Origin: Bacillales bacterium UBA6865
GTDB lineage: Bacteria; Bacillota_I; Bacilli_A; RFN20; CAG-826
DNA length: 64,000 bases
NCBI GenBank assembly: GCA_002449265.1
Contig: DKCV01000016.1
Span: 28,718 to 92,717, forward strand
Direction of reading: 5' to 3'
Both the position numbers and the translations under genes were made by a program. Within the stretch, counting starts at the first letter, position 1; each line of letters begins with the position of its first letter. The notes under the pieces were generated by a model. That model was not told where the DNA came from. It ran no database searches and saw only the letters and a list, made by a program, of their open reading frames with translations. Shown in pieces: positions 1 to 9,373 of this stretch.

Positions 1-6
1 ATAATT

Positions 7-3000
7 ATGAAAAAGAATGTATCTAAAAAGACATTGCTTGTCTTAGCGACAGGCTTATTGACTCTATCTTATGTTGGAGTGCTAGCTGCTTGTGACAACA
101 ACTCTAGCGATTCTTCTTCAGCAGGAGAAAAAGTCCCAGAAGTCAAAAAGCTCTTAAAAATTGTAACCCTTCCAAAGAAGACGGTATTTACGGTTGGTGA
201 CGCCTTTGATTTAAGTGGGATGGTTGTGAAATACTTCATCGAAACCGATGGTGTAAGCGATGAAGGCATTACGCTTGATGCAACCCAGTATCAATTAACC
301 ATTGCGGAAGGAACGGTATTTACGAAGGAAGATATCGCTAACGATAAAGAGATTCTTATTTCTTACAAAGAGGATTCTGGCGTTATTGGGGCTACGCTCC
401 ATATTGTCGTCAAGGATTACGAAACCTATAGCGTCGTTTTCGAAAATGACGACGGCACCGTTTTGGATTCCACTAGCGTAAAAGAAGATAAGACCGTCGC
501 TTATGAAGGCGATTATCCTAGCAAGGAGGCGGAAGGAGAAACTTCTTACTTCTTCGATGGATGGTACGTGAAAGGCGATCCTGAGAAAAAGCTCATCGAC
601 TTAGCGACCTACAAGATTACAAAGGACACCGTTTTGGTTGCCCATTATATTGCTGGCTCTAGCGTCGCTAGCGATGGAGTGCTTGATTATAAAGCAATCG
701 AAGGCAAAGGCTATGCGGTAGTGGGGTTCCACGAAAATGCCGACAAAACAAAAATTGACATCCCTGCCACGATTAATAACCAGCCTATTATTGAGGTTGC
801 TGAAGAGGCTTTCGAGTATGAAAGTGATGTTACATCCGTAACGATGTCAGATAATATCGTAAGAGTCGGGGCTAGCGCTTTTTATGGAGTGGAGAATGCA
901 ATTTCACTTCATCTTAGTAACAATCTAGCTTCTATTGGCCAAGAAGCTTTCTATGGTATGAGCAAAGTCACCTCATTAGAAGTCCCTGGCTCACTAAAAG
1001 AGATACCAAAGAGAGCTTTTGCTGAGATGACAAGTTGCGCCTCTTTGACACTTCATGAAGGCATCGAAACGATACGTGACGAAGCTTTCTCTTCAATGCC
1101 TATTACTTACGTTTCCATTCCTGATAGCGTCAAAGAGATTGTTGGGACGAAATCTACTAGCTATTTCGAAGAGAACGAAAAATATGATGGCTGCCCATTT
1201 CAAGATTGTAAATTGCTCGTAAAGATTCGTCTTGGCGCTGGAATAAGCGACATCAACGAGGGCGATTTCAATTACTCTTGCGCTAGCCTTCAAACATGGG
1301 AAGTTTCCGAGAATAACCCGTATCTTGTCGCAAAAGATGGCATCTTGTATAGCAAAGACATGACCACTTTGCTCTCATTGCCTTGCATGTGGGCGATTGA
1401 AAATGCCGATGGTGAAGTCGACAAGGAGAAGACCGCTACATTCGTCGTCCCTGATTCGGTTACCACAATCGGAAGAAGAGCGATGATGGGATGGAATTCT
1501 TCAACCTCTTACATTACAAAAATTGTAGTGGGTAAAAACGTTAGTACAATTCAGTCATCTGCCTTCTATCAAAGGAAGAATTGCGACATTGATTTCTCCA
1601 ATAATAATATGCTAGAAGAAATTGGATATCGTGCTTTCGCCTACATGGATGGCATCAAAAATCTTGTGCTTCCGGAGTCCACGAAAGTGGTTTGGGACGA
1701 GGCTTTCTATAACTGCGAGAACCTAGAATCCGTCGTTTTCGGCAAAGCCATGACCCATTTTGGGGAAAATATGTTTAAGTATTGCGAAAAGAAGCCCACC
1801 GTTTCTTTCCCAAAAGACGCCGATTACTTTATGGATGGGGAGCTAATCTATAACAAAGCCAAGACGGTTGCCCTGTATTTCAATGGTGATCGTTCTAATC
1901 CTAGCAAAACCGATATCGTCATTCCTGATACCGTGACTGAAATTGCTGATAATTTCTTAAACGGCGTTGCCATTACAAGCTTGACACTAGGGAAGGCCGT
2001 CCAAAAGATTGGCGATTTCGCTTTTGCGGATACGGGCATCACTTCTTTGACATTGCCTAGTAGCGTTACGGAAGTTGGCGAAAGCGCTTTTGAAGGATGC
2101 AGCGATGTGGCTACGCTAGCCATTAGCGACAACTTGGAAAAAATCGGTGCAAATGCTTTCTCTGGACTAAGTGGTGCGCAGATTGATAAAGTCACAATCA
2201 AAGAAGATGCGACCGTGGGCGAAAAGGCGTTCTATGGTTTAGGATTATTGAAGGAAGTTGACTACAAAGCCAAAGTATTGCCTATTTCTTGCTTTGAAGG
2301 TTGTTCCTCACTAAAAACTGTGGCACTAAGCGATGAAATAACCGAATTGCCTTACAATGCATTCGCTGATGCAACTGAGCTTGCTACAATCAACATTCCG
2401 AGCAAACTTGCGAAAGTCGGGACTGACGTTTTCTCTTCCAACCGCGGGATAACGAATTTAACGTTGCCGAACACTCTCACTTCAGTTGCGGATAACGCTT
2501 TTGAGGAGATGGAAGGCTTAATGACGATTAATGTCCCTTCTTCGGTCACGAGCTTTGGAGAGGGTGTGTTCAGTGGCGATTCAGCACTAGCGAACGTGAC
2601 ATTTGAGGCAAAGCTAGAAGGACTACCAAGAGAGACCTTCTACGGCTGCTCCGCATTAAAGACTATCGCCCTTCCAAATACGTTAACTTTTGTGGGCGAT
2701 GAAGCTTTCAAGAATTCTGGACTAGAAACGCTCACTTTGTCTAACGCCGTTACCGAATTAGGCAATTCGGCTTTCGAAAACGCGAAGTCGCTCACGCAAT
2801 TTACTGGTGAAGGAGTGAACAAACTTGGCACCAAAGCCTTTGCTGGCTGCACTAAGCTAACCCAAGTTGCATTAAGCGATAAACTAGAGGTTTTATCAAG
2901 TCAGGTGTTCAAAGGCTGCTCTTCCTTGGAAGAAGTAGTGCTACCTACATCCCTTAAGACGATAGGCACGAGCGCTTTCAATGGTTCGGGAATTACTTCT

Positions 3001-3654
3001 TTTACCCTACCAAACGGTGTTAATTTCGCAGAAAACAATTACGCGACCTTCCAGGATTGTCTCTCTTTGACTACTGTGGATTTAAAAGGGGCCGTTACGC
3101 ATCTTGATGGGTATTTCTTCAGCGGCGATTCTTCACTTGCCACGGTCAATGGGCTTGAGAATGTTACGGAATTAGATTCAAACGTCTTCAAAGGCTGCTC
3201 ATCGCTAGAGAACAAAAACTTGAGTTTGGATTTAAGCAAATTGACTAGCATCGGATCTTATGCTTTTAGTGGCTGCACCTCCTTAACCGAAGCGCCTATT
3301 TCCACAAATTCAAACTACACTGAGATTGAATATAATACCTATGAAGGGATGACAGGCCTAGTAAGCGTGACGATTCCTTCTAACGTAACTCTCCTCCACG
3401 ATAATGTCTTTGATGGTTGCACGAATCTTACTTCTTTAACGATCTTAGGGGATACTTTGGATTGCGATGCTTGGTACTCTGATTATGGTTTCCTTACTGG
3501 GACAAAAGTGAGTGAAGTCACTTGGGCAAATGGCACGATGGAGCAAGCTAAAGCGTTATTCACTTATGACAAAACTGGCTTGGAAGAAGGAAAAAAGATC
3601 AGCGTCAAATGCAAAGACGGAACTGTTGATATCACGATTACGGCTGGTGAATGA
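7..3654 (+). CDS. Large surface lipoprotein with BspA-type leucine-rich repeats and an N-terminal Listeria-Bacteroides-type repeat
   Basis: 1215-aa ORF. N-terminal signal peptide with lipobox VLAAC. Many copies of the ~23-aa pattern L..i.iP.sV..IG..AF..C..L through aa ~260-1150. Segment YSVVFENDDGTVL...FDGWYV...DTVLVAHY resembles the Flg_new/InlB B-repeat. Ends in TGA. Confidence 0.85.
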   Translation: MKKNVSKKTLLVLATGLLTLSYVGVLAACDNNSSDSSSAGEKVPEVKKLLKIVTLPKKTVFTVGDAFDLSGMVVKYFIETDGVSDEGITLDATQYQLTIAEGTVFTKEDIANDKEILISYKEDSGVIGATLHIVVKDYETYSVVFENDDGTVLDSTSVKEDKTVAYEGDYPSKEAEGETSYFFDGWYVKGDPEKKLIDLATYKITKDTVLVAHYIAGSSVASDGVLDYKAIEGKGYAVVGFHENADKTKIDIPATINNQPIIEVAEEAFEYESDVTSVTMSDNIVRVGASAFYGVENAISLHLSNNLASIGQEAFYGMSKVTSLEVPGSLKEIPKRAFAEMTSCASLTLHEGIETIRDEAFSSMPITYVSIPDSVKEIVGTKSTSYFEENEKYDGCPFQDCKLLVKIRLGAGISDINEGDFNYSCASLQTWEVSENNPYLVAKDGILYSKDMTTLLSLPCMWAIENADGEVDKEKTATFVVPDSVTTIGRRAMMGWNSSTSYITKIVVGKNVSTIQSSAFYQRKNCDIDFSNNNMLEEIGYRAFAYMDGIKNLVLPESTKVVWDEAFYNCENLESVVFGKAMTHFGENMFKYCEKKPTVSFPKDADYFMDGELIYNKAKTVALYFNGDRSNPSKTDIVIPDTVTEIADNFLNGVAITSLTLGKAVQKIGDFAFADTGITSLTLPSSVTEVGESAFEGCSDVATLAISDNLEKIGANAFSGLSGAQIDKVTIKEDATVGEKAFYGLGLLKEVDYKAKVLPISCFEGCSSLKTVALSDEITELPYNAFADATELATINIPSKLAKVGTDVFSSNRGITNLTLPNTLTSVADNAFEEMEGLMTINVPSSVTSFGEGVFSGDSALANVTFEAKLEGLPRETFYGCSALKTIALPNTLTFVGDEAFKNSGLETLTLSNAVTELGNSAFENAKSLTQFTGEGVNKLGTKAFAGCTKLTQVALSDKLEVLSSQVFKGCSSLEEVVLPTSLKTIGTSAFNGSGITSFTLPNGVNFAENNYATFQDCLSLTTVDLKGAVTHLDGYFFSGDSSLATVNGLENVTELDSNVFKGCSSLENKNLSLDLSKLTSIGSYAFSGCTSLTEAPISTNSNYTEIEYNTYEGMTGLVSVTIPSNVTLLHDNVFDGCTNLTSLTILGDTLDCDAWYSDYGFLTGTKVSEVTWANGTMEQAKALFTYDKTGLEEGKKISVKCKDGTVDITITAGE

Positions 3655-3666
3655 GGAGAGTAACCT

Positions 3667-5787
3667 ATGAAAAAAATCATATTGTTTCTCTTTAGCGTTT
3701 TATTAACAGGCGGACTAGTTTCTTGCGGGAATAGTTCTTCCTATAAAGTCACTTTCGATGCAAGGAGGGATGAGAGTAAACCTCTCACCCTCGTTGCGGG
3801 GAGCGACAACAAAATCACCCAAACTGATGAAGTTAAGGCGCTTACGGAAAATTACCCTTACCATGTTTTTAAGAACTGGTACAAGAGTTTAGATGCCGCT
3901 AAAACGCTAGATAATGGCGAGAATAACGAAAATGTCTACACTTTTAGTGAGACAATTACGAGTTCTTTCACCGTTTATGCTGGATATGAAGAGACCTATA
4001 TCGATAGTGCCGTAAAAAAGAAAATCGACCTTACCCTTGGGGTTTACGAGACTCTTAACTATTCTCCTCTTCCTTTATTAGAAGATACTCCCTATGAGAA
4101 TTTAAAAGATGATTATTCGTTTAAGGCGGTAGGGGTGAAAAACGATCAATTCAAAGCGTATAAAGATACCCTTACAAAGGCTGGTTTCAAAGAAACTTCC
4201 GATAATAAGTTTTTGGACAAACTAGGTCGGTATTTTGTTAGCTTCCTTTTTGAGAACGGTGATTTAACCTACACGTTTTCTTTCAACGATACTGAAGGAG
4301 AATTCCCAGCTAATTACCTTGGAACAATGTCTTCGGCGTTAGATACTTCTTTGTATTTGGATCCAAGCCAATTCACTCTAGCGGAAAACGAGCTAGGAGA
4401 AGACAAAAGCAAGAAATTCATTGTCACTCAAAAGGAAGTAACTCTTCTTGGACAAGGAAGCAAAACCCAAACCAAAAGTGTTTACTATATGCCAAAAAGC
4501 GGTGATGAAGAGGCGGATAAGTCTTTTGGAGCGTATTTGACGGAACACGGATTCTCACTCGCTTCTAATACAAGCCTTACTTATGTGGATATGTTCTTAT
4601 CTAGCATGGTAACCGTGAATGTTATTCGTGAAGATGATTTCATCGTCAATCCTTCTTTAAAGAATCTAGGTGTCAAGGTAGGTATGGTTGAAGCGACTTT
4701 CTATCGCGAATATTCGACTTCTCTTAGTAAGAGCGAGCTCGCTAATTATTATCAAAGACTTACGGGTAATGAGTATCCTAGTTCTTTCCCAGACTGGAGC
4801 AAGATCGGTAAAGCTTTCTCTTTATTGAACGGATATTCCAGTGGCACAAATTATGGGCCAGGTTTCTTCATTAGTGGAGCTTCTAAAGAGAACTTTGACG
4901 CCGCCATGAATGAACTATTTGAACAAGGGTATTCCTATTCAAAATCGGAAGGGGAATATTATTGGACATTTACCTTTGTTTCACCCACTAATGAGCACGT
5001 TATCAATTTGACTTATTATGATTCTAGCAAAGTGAAAGGGCTATTCTCCGACTTGTGCCAAGTCATCATTATCCACGCAAAAAGCGTCTATGAGACTCTT
5101 TCTGAATGGATGAGTAAGCAAAATGTCGGTGGAGGATCTTTAACGAGTGTTCCTTCTCTTCCTGGCTCTTCATTAGTGGGGCGAGAAGATAGTTCTTATC
5201 CGTTTATCTATACTTTGACAGCGGAAAAAGTGAACGAATCTGATTACGAATCCTACCAAAACGCTTTAGTGGAAGCTGGATTTATTTTTACGAAAGAGGA
5301 AGAGGGATATCGTTATTATAAGAGTAGCGATGGCTACTATAGTCTTGCGCTTAGATATAATTCATCGACTTCTTATCTATATCTTACAATTTCTTATGAA
5401 GCTTATTTGAAGAAGGAGTTTTCTTCCATTGATGTTTTATCTTTAGCGAAGAAACGACTCGGTGTAGAAGAATTAGTAATTCCAGGTCTAGCTGATTGGA
5501 TTGGCGAAAAGAAAGAACTCACCGTGATGAGTTTCTATGATGGAGATAATCAAAGAGCAATGTTCTATGAGAATGTCTCTTCTATAGAGATAGCGAAAGA
5601 AAGACAAACCGCTTTACTAGAGGCGATTGATAAAGATTCCTCAGTCTTTGAAAAAGTTGGTAGCAATAGTAGCGGTGTTACTTTCTATAAAAACGCCGAT
5701 GGTGTCTATTTGTATACAACGACAACAAAGGTTACTTCTAATGACGGAACAGTGTCTTATAACTTTGTTCTTGGCTTATATAAATAA
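3667..5787 (+). CDS. Lipoprotein with an N-terminal Listeria-Bacteroides-type repeat and several ~50-aa 'Y..Y...L..AGF' modules
   Basis: 706-aa ORF. SD GAGGAG upstream, starts 12 nt after the previous stop. Lipobox LVSC. YKVTFD...FKNWY...FTVYAGY repeat. Recurring modules such as QFKAYKDTLTKAGFKE and DYESYQNALVEAGFIF. Confidence 0.8.
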   Translation: MKKIILFLFSVLLTGGLVSCGNSSSYKVTFDARRDESKPLTLVAGSDNKITQTDEVKALTENYPYHVFKNWYKSLDAAKTLDNGENNENVYTFSETITSSFTVYAGYEETYIDSAVKKKIDLTLGVYETLNYSPLPLLEDTPYENLKDDYSFKAVGVKNDQFKAYKDTLTKAGFKETSDNKFLDKLGRYFVSFLFENGDLTYTFSFNDTEGEFPANYLGTMSSALDTSLYLDPSQFTLAENELGEDKSKKFIVTQKEVTLLGQGSKTQTKSVYYMPKSGDEEADKSFGAYLTEHGFSLASNTSLTYVDMFLSSMVTVNVIREDDFIVNPSLKNLGVKVGMVEATFYREYSTSLSKSELANYYQRLTGNEYPSSFPDWSKIGKAFSLLNGYSSGTNYGPGFFISGASKENFDAAMNELFEQGYSYSKSEGEYYWTFTFVSPTNEHVINLTYYDSSKVKGLFSDLCQVIIIHAKSVYETLSEWMSKQNVGGGSLTSVPSLPGSSLVGREDSSYPFIYTLTAEKVNESDYESYQNALVEAGFIFTKEEEGYRYYKSSDGYYSLALRYNSSTSYLYLTISYEAYLKKEFSSIDVLSLAKKRLGVEELVIPGLADWIGEKKELTVMSFYDGDNQRAMFYENVSSIEIAKERQTALLEAIDKDSSVFEKVGSNSSGVTFYKNADGVYLYTTTTKVTSNDGTVSYNFVLGLYK

Positions 5788-5804
5788 GGATTAACATTCA
5801 ATGA

Positions 5805-5861
5805 AAAGAGACTACTAGAAAGCCTAACAAAACATTAGGTTGGATAGTGGTCTCTTTTTTG
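5805..5861 (+). terminator. Rho-independent terminator after the two-gene LRR/lipoprotein unit
   Basis: AAAGAGACTACT pairs with AGTGGTCTCTTT (one G.U). The loop holds an inner CCTAA/TTAGG hairpin. Followed by a T6 run. Confidence 0.6.
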
Positions 5862-6025
5862 ATCGGCCTTTCGTTTTAAAGAGCTAAAAACACCGAAAAG
5901 AAAATCATTAAATTACCTTTTCAAATATTTTAATTAACCTGTGTTTATCGATAAAAATACATCTTTGCATATCTAATTCTATTGCTTTATATTTGGTTCA
6001 TTAATTGCAATGTAAAGAGGTGATT

Positions 6026-7579
6026 ATGAAACATAGAAGTTTTAAGTTTTTATTGTTATTGATGATTGTTTTTTCTTTCTCTAGTGGGTGCTCACCCATC
6101 AAGGGGAATAAAGATTATGAAAGCTATATTTCTTATCGAGGAGCAGGAGGGAAGCTCACATATTTTGAATGGATTGACGCTAATCGGCCAAAAGGGTCCA
6201 AGCAAATAGTAAACGAAACCATTTCGATTTCTTCGATTAAGGTTGATGAAAAAGGGCATTTAATTATCACTTTAACGAATGGGACGATTTATGATGGAGG
6301 GAAATTGCCCCCGAAAAAGAAAAAGTATTATTCAGTCAATTTCTATTGCGATGACCTTTTAATCAAAACGGAACAGATTAAAACCGGCAAAACGATAAAG
6401 AGGCCTTCTTTTGATGGATTAGATGTCAAAGGATGGTACTTAGATAAAGAAAAGAAGAAGGGTTGGGATTTTGAATTGAATCCAATCACATCCGCGACAA
6501 ATCTATACGCGGATTACGAAGCAAAAGGGACACGCGTTGAATTAATCGATGATAAATGCGGTCACACTTTTGACAGGAAAGTATTTTATGTTGGGGAAAA
6601 ATACGAACTCCCAACTTTAATCGACCGAAGCTCTAAATATCGTTTTCTTGGATGGATGAAGGAAAAACAAATCGATGTTGCAAGAAACGGTACCTGGGAC
6701 ATCGCTAGCTCGACAACACTTGTAGCGAAATGGAGAGAGAAACTTCCTTTTGAAGTGGATTATTTTGGTATCTTCCCGCAGTCTCTAGTCACTGATCCGA
6801 TTCTATTAAAAGAATTAGATAAGAAAACCTCTTCCGTAAAAGAAAAAAGCTACATTTCTTATTTTGAACATGGAGGAGCTTGGTATAGAAAGAGACCTCG
6901 TCGAGGCGCTCCTAGTAAAAGCTTTAATAAACCGCATTATTTTTTGAATGGCAAAATAAGCGCGACGGATAAACCCTATTATTATTTCCGGTTCGATCCA
7001 GTGAAATGGATTCTTATTCGTACAATAGAAGGAGAAGTTCTTGCCGTAACAGAGAAAATATTAGACGTCCATTATTATGCGGGCAGAGAGAACGAAGAAC
7101 TGAAAGATAGGAATGGAAATGTCTCTAAGCAAAATGAATACGAGAATTCCTATGTCCGTTCTTGGCTCAATAACATTAATTTTCCGAACATGTCCTATCA
7201 ATATGGGAATGGTTTAGGGATGATGGAATCCGATTTTTATCTTAATGATAAGGAAAAGGAAATGCTAAAAGGGCATTGCTTTGGCGACAAGCTTTTCTTG
7301 CTTAGTAAGGAGGAGGGTGAACAATATCTAACAAAGGAAGAACGCAAAGCCTCCTTAACCGACTTTGCGATTTGTTACCGCGAATTAGAACCAGGTTTTA
7401 AAGGGGCTTGGGGGACAAGAAGCAAAGGAAGCATGGATAAAAAGATTATTGCTTTTAATAAAGATGGAGTGGCCCTAGATTGGGGGAGCGATCATGAATT
7501 CTTTGGCGTTCGTTTTGCGGTGAAATTAGACAAAGAAAAACTACAGCCATTTCAAAAGGTGAAATCCGCTAATATATGA
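6026..7579 (+). CDS. Lipoprotein with a Listeria-Bacteroides-type repeat and a C-terminal DUF6273-like domain; paralog of 54458..55963
   Basis: ATG at 6026 is preceded by AGAGGTG; the ORF-track TTG at 6005 is rejected. MKHRSFKFLLLLMIVFSFSSGC lipobox. VKGWYLDKEKKKGWDF...NLYADY repeat. C-terminal pattern FGIFPQ...PVKWILI...VRSWLNN...KLFLLSKEE...GVRFAVKL. Confidence 0.8.
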   Translation: MKHRSFKFLLLLMIVFSFSSGCSPIKGNKDYESYISYRGAGGKLTYFEWIDANRPKGSKQIVNETISISSIKVDEKGHLIITLTNGTIYDGGKLPPKKKKYYSVNFYCDDLLIKTEQIKTGKTIKRPSFDGLDVKGWYLDKEKKKGWDFELNPITSATNLYADYEAKGTRVELIDDKCGHTFDRKVFYVGEKYELPTLIDRSSKYRFLGWMKEKQIDVARNGTWDIASSTTLVAKWREKLPFEVDYFGIFPQSLVTDPILLKELDKKTSSVKEKSYISYFEHGGAWYRKRPRRGAPSKSFNKPHYFLNGKISATDKPYYYFRFDPVKWILIRTIEGEVLAVTEKILDVHYYAGRENEELKDRNGNVSKQNEYENSYVRSWLNNINFPNMSYQYGNGLGMMESDFYLNDKEKEMLKGHCFGDKLFLLSKEEGEQYLTKEERKASLTDFAICYRELEPGFKGAWGTRSKGSMDKKIIAFNKDGVALDWGSDHEFFGVRFAVKLDKEKLQPFQKVKSANI

Positions 7580-7699
7580 AAACAATAATCGTTTGCGCCT
7601 AAAGGCATATCCATCATTAGTGTCTTCATTCCTAAATTCTTCATAGAGATGCAAGTAACCCTATGATTGCCATTTCTTCTTTTGAACGCTCAGAATGTT

Positions 7700-7803
7700 A
7701 ATTCAAAATGATTTGATTCAAATCAATTCGAATAAAAATTGGCCATGATGAATCTTGTGTGTTAAAATAATTCAAAACATTTTGAATCAAATTGTTTTGA
7801 ATG
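7700..7803 (+). promoter_or_regulatory. Cluster of TTCAAA/TTTGAA palindromic half-sites (candidate operator array) upstream of the AAA+ ATPase gene
   Basis: ATTCAAAATGATTTGATTCAAATCAATTCGAAT at 7701-7733. Perfect 8-bp-arm palindrome ATTCAAAAcaTTTTGAAT at 7770-7787. Inverted copy ATTGTTTTGAAT at 7791-7802, about 24 nt before the start codon. Confidence 0.45.
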
Positions 7804-7825
7804 AAAATATTAATGGAGAATCACC

Positions 7826-9244
7826 ATGTTCATCGGAAGAGAAAAAGAGCTAAAAACACTAGAGAAATTCTACGCATTAGATGGAACGGGAATCATTGTA
7901 ATATACGGAAGAAGACGAATAGGAAAGTCTACTTTGATCAACGAATTCGTGAAAGATAAGAAGACCATTTTTTATGTAGCCACAAAAGTGGGCAAAGAAA
8001 GAAATATCGAATTGTTCGGAAAAGAAGTCCTTAAGTACTTTTTGCCTCAAGTTACCGACATTAAGTTTGATTCTTTAGAAAGCGTATTTGATTTCATCTC
8101 GCAATCGGTGAAAGAGGAAAAGACCATTCTTGTAATCGACGAACTCCCTTATTGGGCAGAAAAAGATGAGTCACTATTATCTATCCTTCAGAAATACGTT
8201 GATACGATTTGGATGAAGAAAAATATCAAAATCATCCTTTGCGGGTCTTCTTTAAGCTTTATGGAAAATAAAGTCTTAAGCGAAAAAAGCCCTCTTTTTG
8301 GAAGAAGGGACTCTCAAATTAAATTAGGTGCTTTTTCTTATGTTGACTCCGCAAAATTTGTCCCGAATTATTCTTATGAAGATAAAGCGATTTGCTATGG
8401 AGTGACTGGAGGAGTAGCAAAATACCTATCTTTAATTGATCCGAAGCTCAGCATCGACCAAAACATCATTAACCTTTTCTTCTCCACAAGCGGATACCTT
8501 TATGACGAAGTGAAAAACCTTCTGATTCAAGAATTCTCCGACGTTGCCTTAGTCAACAATGTCATTGAGCAAATCGCTAGTGGAGAAAACACGATCAATT
8601 CCATCGCTACTAAAATAAAAGAAAGAGAAACAACCGTTCTATATTCTTTGGAAAAATTGATTCGCGTCGATCTTGTTACAAAGAAAACATCTATGGGCGA
8701 AGAAAAAAACAAAAAGAAAACGCAATATGTATTAATAGACACTATGTTTAAATTTTGGTATGAATTTATTCCTAAGGCCGTAAGTGCGATTGAGATGGAT
8801 CAAGGGGAACTCTATTTCAATAAAATCGTTAAACCCCAAATTCATGCTTATATGGGTTCGGTATTTGAAAATATGTGCAGATACTATACTTTGATGACGG
8901 GGATTCGAGGAAGCTTGCCTATTTTCATCGATCAAGTTGGTTCTTGGTGGGGGATGGAAATGGTAGGGGATAAAAAGGAAAAAACCTTTCAATCTGCTGA
9001 TGTAGACGTGGTTGGCTTTTCTAACCTGGATAAAAAATACATTGTTGGAGAATGCAAATTCAAAAACGAAAAGATTGATAAAGAAATATATGAGACGCTT
9101 GTTAGAAGGTCGTCTTTAATTCCAACCAAATACAAAAGATCCAACCCTTTCTTACTCTTTTCCTTATCTGGCTTTACCGATTGGGTCATAGAGAACGCGA
9201 AGGATGCTAGACTTATCGGCTTAGAGGATATGTACAGCATATAG
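7826..9244 (+). CDS. AAA+ ATPase (Arch_ATPase/ATPase_2-like) with a DUF234-like C-terminus carrying a D...ExK nuclease-like motif
   Basis: 472-aa ORF with SD GGAGA. Walker A GRRRIGKST, Walker B-like LVIDELPYW. C-terminal ADVDVVGF...IVGECKFKN (nt 8997-9066) fits PD-(D/E)xK. Confidence 0.75.
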   Translation: MFIGREKELKTLEKFYALDGTGIIVIYGRRRIGKSTLINEFVKDKKTIFYVATKVGKERNIELFGKEVLKYFLPQVTDIKFDSLESVFDFISQSVKEEKTILVIDELPYWAEKDESLLSILQKYVDTIWMKKNIKIILCGSSLSFMENKVLSEKSPLFGRRDSQIKLGAFSYVDSAKFVPNYSYEDKAICYGVTGGVAKYLSLIDPKLSIDQNIINLFFSTSGYLYDEVKNLLIQEFSDVALVNNVIEQIASGENTINSIATKIKERETTVLYSLEKLIRVDLVTKKTSMGEEKNKKKTQYVLIDTMFKFWYEFIPKAVSAIEMDQGELYFNKIVKPQIHAYMGSVFENMCRYYTLMTGIRGSLPIFIDQVGSWWGMEMVGDKKEKTFQSADVDVVGFSNLDKKYIVGECKFKNEKIDKEIYETLVRRSSLIPTKYKRSNPFLLFSLSGFTDWVIENAKDARLIGLEDMYSI

Positions 9245-9245
9245 A

Positions 9246-9272
9246 AAACGGAACCGGTCTACAGTTCCGTTT
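9246..9272. terminator. Hairpin between convergent genes (possible bidirectional terminator)
   Basis: AAACGGAAC / GTTCCGTTT 9-bp stem with a 9-nt loop. U-tracts are weak on both strands. Confidence 0.45.
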
Positions 9273-9373
9273 GTACATCCTCCTTAAAACTACATTTAGA
9301 AAAAATCTATTGCTTTATCCGATTTATCAATCGTAGCGTCATGAAATTTAGATAGAGTGTAAATATTTGCTTT

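Noticed and set aside
6005-6025. Upstream ORF-track start codons (6005 TTG, 10801, 16304, 37766, 45827, 56029 TTG, 57367)
   Set aside because: In each case an internal ATG with a proper SD produces a canonical M-K-K...lipobox or conserved N-terminus. The longer version would overlap the upstream gene or its terminator, or lie upstream of the predicted promoter.
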